Counted from the first letter of the stretch, positions 18,901 through 28,297 are shown. The stretch is 64,000 nt of DNA from an uncultured Clostridia bacterium (GCA_944372585.1 CALVZQ010000001.1:6512-70511); one strand, 5' to 3'. Translations and numbers: made by a program. The notes: generated by a model not told the origin, from the letters alone.

Positions 18901-20042
18901 GTGTCACAACAGACATCAACATAGCAGACTTTGTGAAGATACCTGTAAAATTGCAGTCAACCAATTCTGGAACAAGTTATTTGACAGGTTATGGCAAAGA
19001 AATTTACACAAATGATTATTACAGAAAAATAAGCATTGACGAATCTAGATATCAGAAAGTTTATTTTGTGAATAGTTATGATGCAGAGTTCAATTCTTCA
19101 ATGTTGGTTTCAGGAGACAAGGTAATATTCCCAAATCTCACCACAAGAGAAGAAACAATAGATAATATGACAACATATTATCAGTTTGATGGCTGGTACA
19201 CAGATTCAACTTACAAAAATCCAGTTGTTGGTGATGTTTACATGGGAAGCGAAGAACTTATGTTCTATGCAAAATGGATAGTCACCAAAGTTGTGAAAAC
19301 CAGTGCCGTCAATGTCTATGATGGGGAAACATTAATAACCACTTTGCGTGTTGAATCTGGCGACACCATTGATCTTTCTGGATTGTCTGTGGTGAACGAA
19401 GATACAGAGTTCTATTATGACGCAGAATATACCCGCAAGATTATTGATTTTGTAATGCCTGAAAATGATCTTAACGTTTATATCAGAAACAAATACACTG
19501 TCACAGTTGTCAGTGACTATGGCAATGCTGGATTTGTCTATACAGGATATCAAGGAGAAGCAATTTCCCTTCCGGAACAACAAACATATGTGGAAGATGA
19601 TGGCGAAACAAGAGTGACATACACATTCTTGGGCTGGAGTGAAGAGATTTCTTCCGTGCCAAACAAGGACATCACAATAACGGCAAATTGGGACGTTGAT
19701 GTGAAGCATTATTACACGATTTCATTTGATTTGAGATGGTATATTGTTGCAGGTACCGTTGCTGGCGGAGCATGGAAAGATGAACCTCCAGCCATCGCAT
19801 CTGAGACATTCCTTGAAGGCACCGTCATTGATTTGACCCAAGAAAAATATCAAGTGGTTGGAAGAGCATATACGAGTGGAGTTAGACCAGGAAAATATAT
19901 TGATTTGTCAACAAAAGCATATTTCAAAGCGACTTCGTGGGGAACTTCGTCTTGGGGTGATTATACAAGTGCAGGTAGCGGATTCACAAGTTTTGAAGTT
20001 ACTGGAAATCAAACACTCTATGCTTGCTGGGAAAAACAATAA
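12993..20042 (+). CDS. giant (2,349 aa) N-terminally anchored repeat protein with C-terminal Listeria-Bacteroides-type repeats
   Basis: Uninterrupted 7-kb ORF. Single N-terminal TM. At least 8 internal modules ending in Y[VI]D..LK.-type signatures. C-terminal YYQFDGWYTD...FYAKW, YTFLGWSEE...ITANW and ...LYACWE repeats. Confidence 0.85.
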   Translation: MEGPIRKHHDFFPRMFKAFTLYFVITLSVFFGYVQIFGDVKPNVITIPTDGADAENDTLFGNFVEKIAEFDNIDTDFDLTLENSEFSLSAQGNVVYDLGSGDLSLDVDLIYNQQYFDVQVSYVSPNVYLSIDESTYKFDASEDLDLSSLLDFVMNNIEIDTSFIEDIGNYLGIDLVNFDPNSLLTKLKIEESQNEENGEIIFVIGLGNNLSARMVCDSEFNIKSIKLKDMFVAGSTVKFSADVNKMNKDDVVVDYIETGDEVDMSGITLYKNYAKNLFANDFVMSNVAISVDNETYYANVYLDNSNSTKVKIETSLKGVDVSLVYSDNVIYVDVANLKLSFNAEDYPVWEDTINEILEKHTSKTVSQIVSEFVSQYVGIDEEGIDGQQVLMQILGIVFDNAESVSDYLPSSTEMTEDAFSMIWNNGLVINLNGADNQLVGINVMFDKVDIDAKFEIVEKGFEVDGNYYDLSNLLPLSNVVDEILGTNQFGGQAGITFNDFVVKANYVVDFSNGILAKISTQIFGENVSIYLNNNQIFISVGEVVVEGNIDDLENYIAKIDSIFGTDLTNQVASSDIEVGVQGLIGKLSEILNELKLAESEGVIALIEYLANKAYIWVDGNNVVLTFENQTISAEVYVGATYETISLPSATDKTDDVLNKIENVKNYIDTKQYAFEFAVSYDEMNLSGAIQIDLKNSVFAIYGVEIGGNELAIIYSDNTAYVDYAGLKIKLQAENLAQIFEIVNAILKANGMNDNVDVSVALTEIFEENVEELSLQELLSMIEIDVAGSLDELKLDLKFDSESGVYATGDVGFVDDMIESVDLLVNEKISINLNVVPFETSEISDSEYYDLTSVNKGTVTLSYQKGDEKVDVVADVEIALTDKIYVKLSAKVLNEKFEVIIYNNMLYAQVGDLCFATNFENAKELYDYIVDLFAIAIPEVDIENVLKDVDLNLVNIFDVAGLSVLGDNEKLQVEYAINENLKVSLNIFDGQTIEEIVVPEQYEDLKVLLPKIKALIDYASKGVFEFDFSLAYNTLTFDGTFKYFDGNFEISNMVVLGENVLIRLQGKTLYFAFGNMKLKFDLTDTSTSSVDIFETLNKITSDSLGVVIDFGVFEELLNIATAYTLEDYLNKIILDISGNSELINILISNKKEYTASQILSVGVAFNGNDLSKIDLNIYDVIKAQLSLRKTDVSTISEFVEEDYKDYSENFVDGILNSLKVEEGVYAFNSDISIRYSNNQFYGELVAMLVESENGVVGNYMPAVSLHTTSLGLNSYIYLIGKDIYIDINGLQVTADLSETTINEIIDFLEQNFGLSLTENAEVLEATTEVFKVILPAFDRIYGTWVSGDVGDGLQIDIDSDLWYTESARFYDIVVQAFVQNIENTIVPTKIVVGANIEDENTTTYNDYSEYWLKDGEIVIESEITQKLNFAVYLTNVIVGKNVEGLEGIFVGESYQSISALKSNFGTTKLEEYNSYEVALDAAKAVYDYAMSLQYQARVDVTIKGENSTKIGANVIASVTDDVDKKAQFKLFDDKILKVHGDLDIYANYGTQNEVLHQLSILYDNLETGLFATYSHGDHIGVNDFKAKISNANMSEIISMIVKFADLNLSKETMEALNLSECPTDFRYLRSLLGMTKHVTDGEISEVDKVLSSVTEMTKILKEIKLEKVQIDGTDLFETRLSLKILWEEEIAQIIVLLREEKSTDGAVNLALREISISNFNFGGSKIDVVIYLEDYDETNYDYDTSAEHIDFSEISSFMNVAVNTLNTQGFSFTGSADVAIGSWNAITVNYDLFVSLDDVGEVYFYLELDVPSFADITYDLGGFGSTFTYYSAAAGFDNRISVLEFKDGILNVTQTTYGYRETIFSSRETRVKSWTHSADQIGTDIMLIMAEALGLTDTIYDAIKGLIASMNPNPSLEETILGFSKTNGGYTLSLDGETLTGSDSFRDFDVILGLSDTYYDLDGKSYQFIDSVTTDINIADFVKIPVKLQSTNSGTSYLTGYGKEIYTNDYYRKISIDESRYQKVYFVNSYDAEFNSSMLVSGDKVIFPNLTTREETIDNMTTYYQFDGWYTDSTYKNPVVGDVYMGSEELMFYAKWIVTKVVKTSAVNVYDGETLITTLRVESGDTIDLSGLSVVNEDTEFYYDAEYTRKIIDFVMPENDLNVYIRNKYTVTVVSDYGNAGFVYTGYQGEAISLPEQQTYVEDDGETRVTYTFLGWSEEISSVPNKDITITANWDVDVKHYYTISFDLRWYIVAGTVAGGAWKDEPPAIASETFLEGTVIDLTQEKYQVVGRAYTSGVRPGKYIDLSTKAYFKATSWGTSSWGDYTSAGSGFTSFEVTGNQTLYACWEKQ

Positions 20043-20050
20043 AACAAAAA

Positions 20051-20077
20051 AAGCATATCATGGCGATATGCTTTTTT
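20051..20077. terminator. bidirectional rho-independent terminator
   Basis: Stem aagcatatc/gatatgctt flanked by an A-run and a T-run, between convergent genes. Confidence 0.7.
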
Positions 20078-20121
20078 CATTAATCTTGCACTTAAATAAT
20101 TTTTTGATTTTCAATGAGAAC

Positions 20122-21849
20122 CTATTTTTTTAATGTTTTGATGTCAAATGGGTGTGACAGTTCTTGCTTGTATCTTTCAATGATTTCATCGTCAAGACGA
20201 GCAAAAAGTGGTTTTGGCAAGTTTACTTTGTGAGACTTTGAAATGTTGATTTTGCTTGCCTTTTCCCACATATCTTGTCCATCAGGACGACCTTCAAAGT
20301 TCAACTGTTCCGTCCAAATCTCAGCTGTTCTGTTGGGGATAATTGGGCTGGCAACAATTGCAAGAGCTTTTGCCATATTGAGACAAAGATAGAGCACTTT
20401 TTTTGCACCATTAATGTCTCCATTTTTAATCAATGACCATGGTGCGGTTTTTTCAAGATAGGTGTTTCCAATGCTTGCAAATCTCATAATTTCCTTATAA
20501 GCCATTCTGAATTCTGTTTTTGAGAACAATTCTCCAATTTGGTCAGGAAGAGTTTTGATTGCTTCAATCATTTCATTATCGTTTTCATCAAGCGAGTTTT
20601 TGATGTCATCATAATCAATCTCAAGAGCACCGCCAAAATTTTTGTTGATCATATTCAATGTTCTGTTGAAGAAATTTCCGTATTTTCCAACAAGTTCAGC
20701 ATTGGTGTTGAGTTTGAATCCTTCATAGGTGAAATCGCTATCTTTGTTTTCTGGAAAGATTGAAACAAGGTAGGCACGCAAAGCATCAATATCAATGTCG
20801 CTGTTCATTAAATTGTTGCAGAAAATTCCAACTTTCTTAGATTTTGAGAATTTTTGACCTTCAAAGTTGAGGAAATTGAAACCAACAACATTTTCTGCCA
20901 AGTTGTATTTCTTGCAAGCAAGTTCCATGCTTGGGAAGAAAATTGCATGGAAATCTATGTTGTCTTTGCCAATAAAGTTGTAGATTTTGCAATCTTTGTT
21001 TTGCCATCTGTCTTTGACCATTTCATCTCCACCAAGTTCTTTAGTGATTGAGATGTAGCCAATTGGTGCGTCAAACCAAACATAGAACACTTTGTCTTGA
21101 TAATCTTTCAATGGCACTTGAATACCCCAAGGAATATCTCTTGTGATGCAACGAGGTTTCAATCCTTCTTTAAACCATTTGTTTGTCATGCTGTAAACAT
21201 GTGGGCGCCATACATCCTTTTTGCTTTCCACCCATTTTTGAAGTTCAGGTTGAATCTTGTCTAACGAAACATAAATATGTTTTGTTGATTTTTTAACGGC
21301 ATCTTTTTCGCAAAAACTGCATTTTGGAGACTTTAAGTCGTCAAGTTCGTAGGTTTTTCCGCATTGGTCGCATTGGTCACCATAGGCTTTTTCATATCCA
21401 CAATATGGACAGGTTCCATAAACGAATCTGTCAGCCAAAGCAATTTTGTCATGTTCACAATAAAGCATTGTGCTTTCTTTTTCAACTGTATAGCCGTTTT
21501 TATAGATTTCATTGAAGAAATCTACTGTTGTTTCTTTGTGGGTTTCTGTGTTTGTTTCACTGAATTTATCAAAACTGATGCAGAGTTTTTCTGCAATTTC
21601 TTTGATTTTTGTATTCATTGTGTGAATAAATTCTTCAGGTTTCATGCCAACCTCTTTGGCAGATATGAAACTTGCAGTTCCGTAATCGTCAGTTCCACTG
21701 ACATAAATGACATCATTTCCTTTTGTTCTGTTGTAACGAGCGAACACATCTCCAGGGAGCCAGCAGCCAACAACATGACCCAAATGTGGAAGACCGTTGA
21801 CATAGAGCAGTGCAGATGTGACTAATATTTTTTCCTTTTTATTTTCCAT
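20122..21849 (-). CDS. metG: methionine--tRNA ligase
   Basis: HIGH-type motif (PHLGHVVG), KFSKS (KMSKS) motif, zinc knuckle CPYCGYEKAYGDQCDQCG. Confidence 0.92.
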   Translation of the reverse strand: MENKKEKILVTSALLYVNGLPHLGHVVGCWLPGDVFARYNRTKGNDVIYVSGTDDYGTASFISAKEVGMKPEEFIHTMNTKIKEIAEKLCISFDKFSETNTETHKETTVDFFNEIYKNGYTVEKESTMLYCEHDKIALADRFVYGTCPYCGYEKAYGDQCDQCGKTYELDDLKSPKCSFCEKDAVKKSTKHIYVSLDKIQPELQKWVESKKDVWRPHVYSMTNKWFKEGLKPRCITRDIPWGIQVPLKDYQDKVFYVWFDAPIGYISITKELGGDEMVKDRWQNKDCKIYNFIGKDNIDFHAIFFPSMELACKKYNLAENVVGFNFLNFEGQKFSKSKKVGIFCNNLMNSDIDIDALRAYLVSIFPENKDSDFTYEGFKLNTNAELVGKYGNFFNRTLNMINKNFGGALEIDYDDIKNSLDENDNEMIEAIKTLPDQIGELFSKTEFRMAYKEIMRFASIGNTYLEKTAPWSLIKNGDINGAKKVLYLCLNMAKALAIVASPIIPNRTAEIWTEQLNFEGRPDGQDMWEKASKINISKSHKVNLPKPLFARLDDEIIERYKQELSHPFDIKTLKK

Positions 21850-21899
21850 TTTTACACTTCCTTTTGCATATTTTTTAGATTGATAGTTAAAAACTTATG

Positions 21900-23237
21900 T
21901 TATTTTTCTGCATCGGACATGCACATTCGGTCAGTTTTGATTTTTTCGATAACTTTCTCAAGAGTCAGTTTTTCTTGTCCTGAATTTTGCATGTTTTTCA
22001 ATGTGTATTCTTTTGTCTTAACTTCATCTTCGCCAACGATTAAGACATATTTTATTTGTCTTTTGTTTGCTTCTTTCATTTTTGATTTGAAAGATTTGTT
22101 TTCATAAAGGCAGTCTGCTTTAATTCCATCTTCTCTGAGTTTTGAAGTCAAAGAAAGTCCTTCTTCCAAAGTGTCGTCAAAAGTGATGATTGCACATTCA
22201 ATTTCGTTGATTTCATCCAAATTGAAATAATTTTCTTTGGTCAATATATCAAAAAGGCGGGTTACACCAACACTCATTCCAACACCTGGCATTTTTTTAT
22301 CTGAAAAATAACTGCACAAATTTTCAAATCTTCCGCCACCACCAATTGCCCCAAGATTTTTGTCTTTTTTCAAGAATCCTTCAAAAACTGTGCCAGTGTA
22401 ATAATTGTGTCCTCTAATCACGGAAAGGTTATATATGACTGAACTAACTCCAAATGCTTTAAGATGTTTGTCAGTTTCAACAAGTTCTTTCATTCCTTCA
22501 TTAAAAAGTGGATTAACGCAAATATTTGCCAAATTTTGAGTTACATCTTCAATATTTCCAGTTGTTTTTGTCAATCTTATGATTTTTTCGCTTTCAAAAT
22601 CGGACAAACCAATCTCTTTGAGCTGTGCCATTGCCTCTTCAAAAGGAATTTTTGCAAGTTTGTCCAAAACAATCAAAATGTCTGTTGTTCTATCTTCCTT
22701 GTTGATTGATTGAATGAAGCCGGCGATAATTTTTCTGTTTGAAACTTCAATTTCCACATCAAGATTCAAAGCTTTGAAACATTTTTCAAAAAGTGCAACG
22801 CATTCGGCATCAGCGACAAGAGATAATGTTTCATTTCCGATTATATCGGCGTCACATTGATAAAACTCTCTGAAACGACCCTTTTGAGGTCTTTCTCCTC
22901 TGTAAACCTTTCCAATTTGATATCTTTTGAAAGGAAATGACAATTCTTCTTTGTGCATTGCAACAAAGCGGGCGAGTGGGACGGTCAAGTCATATCTCAT
23001 GCACATATCGGTTGAACCTTTTGAAAAACGATAGACTTCTTTGTCTGTTTCGCCACCACTTTTGGCAAGCAGTGTTTCGCTATATTCCAAAACAGGAGTG
23101 TCAAGTGGAACAAAACAATTTTGTTTGAAAACATTTTCAATCTTGTCCAAAAGCTCAGAAAAAACCATCTGCTGTCTTGGCATAAGTTCCCAAAAACCTT
23201 GAAGTTTTCTCGGTGTAATAAGCTTTGAATTGTTCAT
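21900..23237 (-). CDS. hisS: histidine--tRNA ligase
   Basis: Class II motifs: MCMRYDLTVPLARF, FKRYQIGKVYRGERPQKGRFREFYQCDADIIG, GGGRF. Confidence 0.9.
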   Translation of the reverse strand: MNNSKLITPRKLQGFWELMPRQQMVFSELLDKIENVFKQNCFVPLDTPVLEYSETLLAKSGGETDKEVYRFSKGSTDMCMRYDLTVPLARFVAMHKEELSFPFKRYQIGKVYRGERPQKGRFREFYQCDADIIGNETLSLVADAECVALFEKCFKALNLDVEIEVSNRKIIAGFIQSINKEDRTTDILIVLDKLAKIPFEEAMAQLKEIGLSDFESEKIIRLTKTTGNIEDVTQNLANICVNPLFNEGMKELVETDKHLKAFGVSSVIYNLSVIRGHNYYTGTVFEGFLKKDKNLGAIGGGGRFENLCSYFSDKKMPGVGMSVGVTRLFDILTKENYFNLDEINEIECAIITFDDTLEEGLSLTSKLREDGIKADCLYENKSFKSKMKEANKRQIKYVLIVGEDEVKTKEYTLKNMQNSGQEKLTLEKVIEKIKTDRMCMSDAEK

Positions 23238-23330
23238 TTTTTCTCCTTAATTGTCATCATTTTTTATATGTCATTTTAATACAAAATTCTTCGTTTTGTC
23301 AATAGAAATGTGAGCATATAATACCAAAAG

Positions 23331-23467
23331 TTGTGCACATTTATTTTCCACTTATCCACAAACTTATAAATATTCATGCCAATTTATGTTTATACAGACG
23401 GACAAAAATGGGTCAAAATCGAAGAAAACCCCACGAGTTATCCACATTTCCACATTTTTGTGGACAA
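23331..23467. promoter_or_regulatory. DnaA-box cluster
   Basis: Two perfect TTATCCACA boxes (23352-23360, 23438-23446), one 1-mismatch box on the other strand (TGTGGACAA, 23459-23467), and three 2-mismatch boxes (23331-23339, 23344-23352, 23446-23454). Confidence 0.65.
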
Positions 23468-23634
23468 ATCTTTGCAAAAATCGTGTATATTGGCACGAAA
23501 ATGGAATATAAATGTGCAAAAAATTGAGTTTGTTTAAAAATGCAAGTTTCGTCATTTTTGTATAAATTTTTAATATCAAAATTCTTTGTTTCAAAAACAA
23601 GAATATTATTCAAAATCTATGCATATTAATTCAT

Positions 23635-25674
23635 TCATTTTTTTGAAGAATTTTTCATCAAAAATGGACTTGGTGTTTTGTCGCTTAAGAAATAAAGTTT
23701 GTGCAATGCTCTGGTTGAAGCGACATACAAAAGATTTCTGTCGAGTTCGTTGTGATAGTTTTGACTGTTTGCAAACGGAACAATGACACAGTCAAATTCA
23801 ATTCCCTTCGCTTTTGCTGGAGTTGTTATGATTTTCTTTGAAGAAATTTTCATATTGTCCATAACTTTGAACTTTTTGATTTGGGCACTTTCTTTTTGAA
23901 GTGCCTTGATTTCTTCCTTAGATTTGCATATGATTGCCACACTCTGTTTTTTTAGTTCTGTATTTTTTTCCCTTTCAGTCAAAATCTTTTCAATTGCCTT
24001 GGCACAATTTTTTGTTCTCAAACACTCAACTTCTTCGCCATTTCTGTTTACATTGTTGGCAATGTGTTTGCCCAGAATCTTTTGTGAAAACAGTGAAATT
24101 TGCAATGTGCTTCTGTATGACTTGTTCAAGAAAGTTATCTTTGATTTGGTCTGTTTTGTCAAATATGTCAAGTATGTTGGTGTCAATGTTCTGTCGATGC
24201 TTTGATAGATGTCACCAAGATAAAGTTTTGAGCACTTCCAAATTTTGTCAAACAAATAGAAATGGCAAGGTGTGTAGTCCTGCATCTCGTCAACTATGAC
24301 ATATTTTGCATCAAAGTTGTTTTTCAGTGAAAACAGATTTTTTTTGATTAAAAGCACAGGGGCAATGTCGTAAGCGCCAATGCTTTCCACTTCATCAAGT
24401 TCCAGACTTCTCAGGAAAAGATTGTAAATTCTCAGCAAGTCTGTTGTGATGAAGTTGTTATACAAAATTTTCTTTGCTCGTTTGAACAAGTCGTTATGTT
24501 TTGATGCGGGGATTTTGAATCTCTCAGTGATGTTCTCTGCCAAAACATCAATTCTTTTGTGAATAGGCAGTTTCTCGAGTTTGTTGAAATAGATGTCTTG
24601 AATTTCTGTCTTATTTATGACAACCTCTCCAAAAGTAAGTGTCTTTGGAATAAATAGATTGCAAATGTCGTTGTTTAGGAAGTTTTTCAAGTCGTCCAAA
24701 AATTCGAAACTTGACTTTATTGCGATGTTTTCAAAGTCTTTTTGATTTTGTTTGCTTATAACTCTTTCAAGCATATCCTCTCTTGACTCAAATTCCATTC
24801 CCAAAAGTCGCTTTGCCATGTTTGCAAAAGTTGTCGTGAAAGTTTTTTCTTCCCCTAATGCCGGAAGAACGTCGTCAATATAGTCGGCAAACAATTCGGA
24901 AGGGGACAGTATCAAAATATCTTCACTTTTGAGTTGATTGCGGTATTTGTAAAGCAAATAAGAAACCCTGTGCATTGCAATTGAGGTCTTTCCAGAACCG
25001 GCAACACCTTGCACAATTGTGTTCTTGAAGTCATCGGCACGGATAAGGACATTCTGTTCCTTTTGAATGGTTGAAACGATGTCATGCATTTTTGATGTGG
25101 CATTTTTTGAAAGTTGCTCCATCAAGATGTCATCGTCGATGACCATGTTGCTGTCAATGTAATATACCAAATTGCCTTTATCAATTTTATATTGACGTTT
25201 TAAGGACAAATTGCCGGATATTTCTCCATCAGGACAAGAATAAGAAGTTTTTCCAACTGTGTCATCATAGTAAAGAGAACAAACATCAGCTCTCCAGTCA
25301 TACACCAAATTTTCGTTTTGGGAGTTTTGAATGAGACCTAAGCCGATATAATATTTATTTGGCTTTTGCTCATTATCCGCTTGGAAATCAAACCTTCCAA
25401 AATATGGATTTTTTCTTTGTTTTTGAAGTCTTGAGATTTCTTTTTCAAGTGAAACATTTTGTTGCTCAAGATTTTCAATTTGAATGTTAAGCCCAGCGAG
25501 CTCATCATCTTCTTTTTTTATATCATAAAAATTCTCAGCAAAGAATTTCTTGAGATATTGAATGTCATTCAGGTTTTGTTTATATTTTTTTGAGTCCTTA
25601 TCTTTGATCTTTTCAATTTCTTTCAAGGTGCTGTCAAGATAAAATTTCTCTTGTTCTGTTACTTTTTTGTCCAT
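23635..25674 (-). CDS. helD: UvrD/Rep-superfamily helicase, HelD-like
   Basis: Walker A VQGVAGSGKTSIAMHR, DEMQD-type Walker B (VIVDEMQDY), and an N-terminal coiled segment with the PYFGRFDF motif typical of HelD/helicase IV. Confidence 0.75.
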   Translation of the reverse strand: MDKKVTEQEKFYLDSTLKEIEKIKDKDSKKYKQNLNDIQYLKKFFAENFYDIKKEDDELAGLNIQIENLEQQNVSLEKEISRLQKQRKNPYFGRFDFQADNEQKPNKYYIGLGLIQNSQNENLVYDWRADVCSLYYDDTVGKTSYSCPDGEISGNLSLKRQYKIDKGNLVYYIDSNMVIDDDILMEQLSKNATSKMHDIVSTIQKEQNVLIRADDFKNTIVQGVAGSGKTSIAMHRVSYLLYKYRNQLKSEDILILSPSELFADYIDDVLPALGEEKTFTTTFANMAKRLLGMEFESREDMLERVISKQNQKDFENIAIKSSFEFLDDLKNFLNNDICNLFIPKTLTFGEVVINKTEIQDIYFNKLEKLPIHKRIDVLAENITERFKIPASKHNDLFKRAKKILYNNFITTDLLRIYNLFLRSLELDEVESIGAYDIAPVLLIKKNLFSLKNNFDAKYVIVDEMQDYTPCHFYLFDKIWKCSKLYLGDIYQSIDRTLTPTYLTYLTKQTKSKITFLNKSYRSTLQISLFSQKILGKHIANNVNRNGEEVECLRTKNCAKAIEKILTEREKNTELKKQSVAIICKSKEEIKALQKESAQIKKFKVMDNMKISSKKIITTPAKAKGIEFDCVIVPFANSQNYHNELDRNLLYVASTRALHKLYFLSDKTPSPFLMKNSSKK

Positions 25675-25725
25675 GGGAACTCCTTATTCAAAAGGTAGTT
25701 TTTTTTGTTGTTCAATGACAGCGAT

Positions 25726-28260
25726 CTAAATGTTTTCGTCGTCACTAGTGTTTTCGTCAGATGTTATTGAAATTTCCGCATTAGTTTCGTTTTCGTTAGA
25801 TTCTTCACTTGCTGGTTTAGATGCTTCTGCTTCAGCAGGTTCTTCTTCTTTTGAAGCAAGGGCAACACTGGTGATTTTTGCGTCGTTCTTAAGTTTCATG
25901 ATGCGAACACCTTGACTCACTCTTGAAAAATGGCTCACATCTTCTGCAGGAGTTCTGATGATAACTCCACTGTCTGCAATAATCAAAAGGTCGCAATTTT
26001 CTTCAATTTGTTTCATTGCAACGAGCTTTCCTGTCTTTTCATTGAAAATGCCTGCTTTAACACCACTTCCACCACGTTGCTGAAGTCTGAATTCGTCAAC
26101 ACTTGTACATTTGCCATAACCATTTTCTGAGATTGTTATGATGTTTGCATCTTCATGAACTATTGCCATGTCAACAACAAAGTCACTTTCTGCAAGTTTC
26201 ATGCTGCGAACACCTTGGCTGTCTCTTCCAACGGCACGAACATCAGTTTCGTTGAAACGAATGCATTTTCCGTCATGGGAGGCAATCAAAATGTCGTCAC
26301 GACCTGTGGTTATGTCAACACCGACAAGTTCGTCACCTTCCACAAGTTTGATGGCAATTTTTCCAACTTTTCTGATGTTTTCATATTCACTTAGAGCGGT
26401 CTTTTTGATAAGTCCGTTCTTTGTTGCCATAATCAAATTGCCCTTGACATCTTTTTGCATTGGAATAATGGCACTGATTTTTTCTCCAAGCGAAAGTTGC
26501 AAAAGATTGATGATTGCACGGCCTTTTGCTTGTCTTTGAGCTTCTGGAATTTCATAGGCTTTTGCACTGTAAACCTTTCCCAAATTTGAGAAGAACAAAA
26601 GGTTTGCATGGGAAGAGCATACGAACATCTTTTCCACAAAATCTTCATCTTTTGTCTTGTGGGCGGTGATTCCCACTCCACCTCTGTGTTGAGATTTGTA
26701 TTCATCAACAGACATACGCTTGATATACCCCATATGAGTCATGGAGATGATGACATCTTCCTCTGCAATGAGGTCTTCAATGTCAATTCCACCCAAATCC
26801 ATGCTGATTTCGGTCTTTCGAGCGTCACCAAATTCCTGTTTAACATTTTCAAGGTCATCTCTGACAATCTGCAGAACTCTTGCAGGTTTGTCCAAGATGT
26901 CCTTCAAATCAGTGATTGTTGCCTCCAAAGTTGCAAGTTCTTCATTAAGTTTCTCAACTTCCAGGCTTGTAAGTTTTGAAAGTTTCATTTCAAGAATGGC
27001 ATTTGCTTGAATTTCGTCAAGTTCAAACAAAGTTGTCAAGTTTGTTATTGCCTCTTGTCTGTCTTGTGATTGTTTGATTGTTTTGATGACTTCATCAATG
27101 TTTGCAAGGGCGATAACCAAACCTTTGACAATATGTTCTCTTTCTTCGGCTTTCCTAAGGTCGAATCTTGTTTTTCTTACAACAACTTCTTTTTGATGTT
27201 CAAGGTAATAATAAAGCATTTCCTTAAGGTTTAAAACCTTTGGAACCCCATTCACCAAAGCAAGCATAATGATTCCGCTGCTTTGTTGAAGCATTGTGTG
27301 TTTGTAAAGCAAATTCAAAACAACTTGTGCGTTTGCGTCTTTTTTGATGTCAACAACGACTCTGAGTCCATCTCTGTCACTTTCATCTCTCAGGTCGCTG
27401 ATACCTTCAATTTTTTTGTTTTTAACCATATCAGCCATTTGTGTTATGAAACGTGCTTTGTTGACTTGATATGGAAGTTCTGTGATGACAATTCTTTGTC
27501 TGCCGGAGGAGGTTTCTTCAATTTCTGCACGACCTCTGACCAAAATTCCACCACGACCGGTTTTGTATGCGTGTTTAACCGCAGTTCTTCCCATGATTAT
27601 TCCGCCTGTTGGATAGTCAGGAGCGGGGATAATCTTGATAAGTTCATCAATGTCGATGTCCGGGTTGTCGATCAATGCTTGAAGACCATTGATGACCTCT
27701 GTCAAGTTGTGAGGTGGAATGTTTGTTGCCATTCCGACAGCAATACCATCTGCACCATTAACCAGAAGATTTGGAAATCTTGCTGGCAAAACGGAAGGTT
27801 GCATCAAAGTGTCGTCAAAGTTTGGATAGAAGTCAACCGTCTCTTTGTCGATGTCTTTAAGCATCAAAGAAGCAATTTTTGAAAGTCTTGCTTCTGTGTA
27901 ACGCTGTGCAGCAGGTGGGTCGCCATCGACTGAACCGAAGTTTCCATGCCCGTCAACAAGAGGGTATCTGATTGAAAAGTCCTGGGCAAGTCTGACGAGA
28001 GCGTCATAGATTGAACTGTCGCCGTGTGGGTGATATTTACCCATAACTTCACCGACAATTCTGGCACTTTTCTTGTGAGGTTTGTCATAGAAGTTGTTTA
28101 ATTCGCCCATACTGAACAAAATTCTTCTATGAACCGGCTTCAAACCATCTCTAACATCAGGAATGGCTCTTGAAACATTGACAGCCATTGCATAGGAAAT
28201 GAAAGACTTTTTCAACTCTCCGACAACTTCGATTGGTTGAATTTTTTCATTTTCAAACAT
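25726..28260 (-). CDS. gyrA: DNA gyrase subunit A
   Basis: [26 protein letters not shown], active-site region [10 protein letters not shown], acidic C-terminal tail. Start placed at the M with a GAGGGA RBS (track start 28317 is upstream). Confidence 0.93.
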   Translation of the reverse strand: MFENEKIQPIEVVGELKKSFISYAMAVNVSRAIPDVRDGLKPVHRRILFSMGELNNFYDKPHKKSARIVGEVMGKYHPHGDSSIYDALVRLAQDFSIRYPLVDGHGNFGSVDGDPPAAQRYTEARLSKIASLMLKDIDKETVDFYPNFDDTLMQPSVLPARFPNLLVNGADGIAVGMATNIPPHNLTEVINGLQALIDNPDIDIDELIKIIPAPDYPTGGIIMGRTAVKHAYKTGRGGILVRGRAEIEETSSGRQRIVITELPYQVNKARFITQMADMVKNKKIEGISDLRDESDRDGLRVVVDIKKDANAQVVLNLLYKHTMLQQSSGIIMLALVNGVPKVLNLKEMLYYYLEHQKEVVVRKTRFDLRKAEEREHIVKGLVIALANIDEVIKTIKQSQDRQEAITNLTTLFELDEIQANAILEMKLSKLTSLEVEKLNEELATLEATITDLKDILDKPARVLQIVRDDLENVKQEFGDARKTEISMDLGGIDIEDLIAEEDVIISMTHMGYIKRMSVDEYKSQHRGGVGITAHKTKDEDFVEKMFVCSSHANLLFFSNLGKVYSAKAYEIPEAQRQAKGRAIINLLQLSLGEKISAIIPMQKDVKGNLIMATKNGLIKKTALSEYENIRKVGKIAIKLVEGDELVGVDITTGRDDILIASHDGKCIRFNETDVRAVGRDSQGVRSMKLAESDFVVDMAIVHEDANIITISENGYGKCTSVDEFRLQQRGGSGVKAGIFNEKTGKLVAMKQIEENCDLLIIADSGVIIRTPAEDVSHFSRVSQGVRIMKLKNDAKITSVALASKEEEPAEAEASKPASEESNENETNAEISITSDENTSDDENI

Positions 28261-28297
28261 TTCCCTCAGGTCTTTTTTCTTGTTTTCTTCTTCTTTC

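Noticed and set aside
23238-23330. T-box leader expected upstream of hisS (and metG).
   Set aside because: I found no T-box consensus (AAnnGGGTGGTACCGCG-like) or specifier/antiterminator architecture on the minus strand. metG follows hisS after only 50 nt and is probably co-transcribed.
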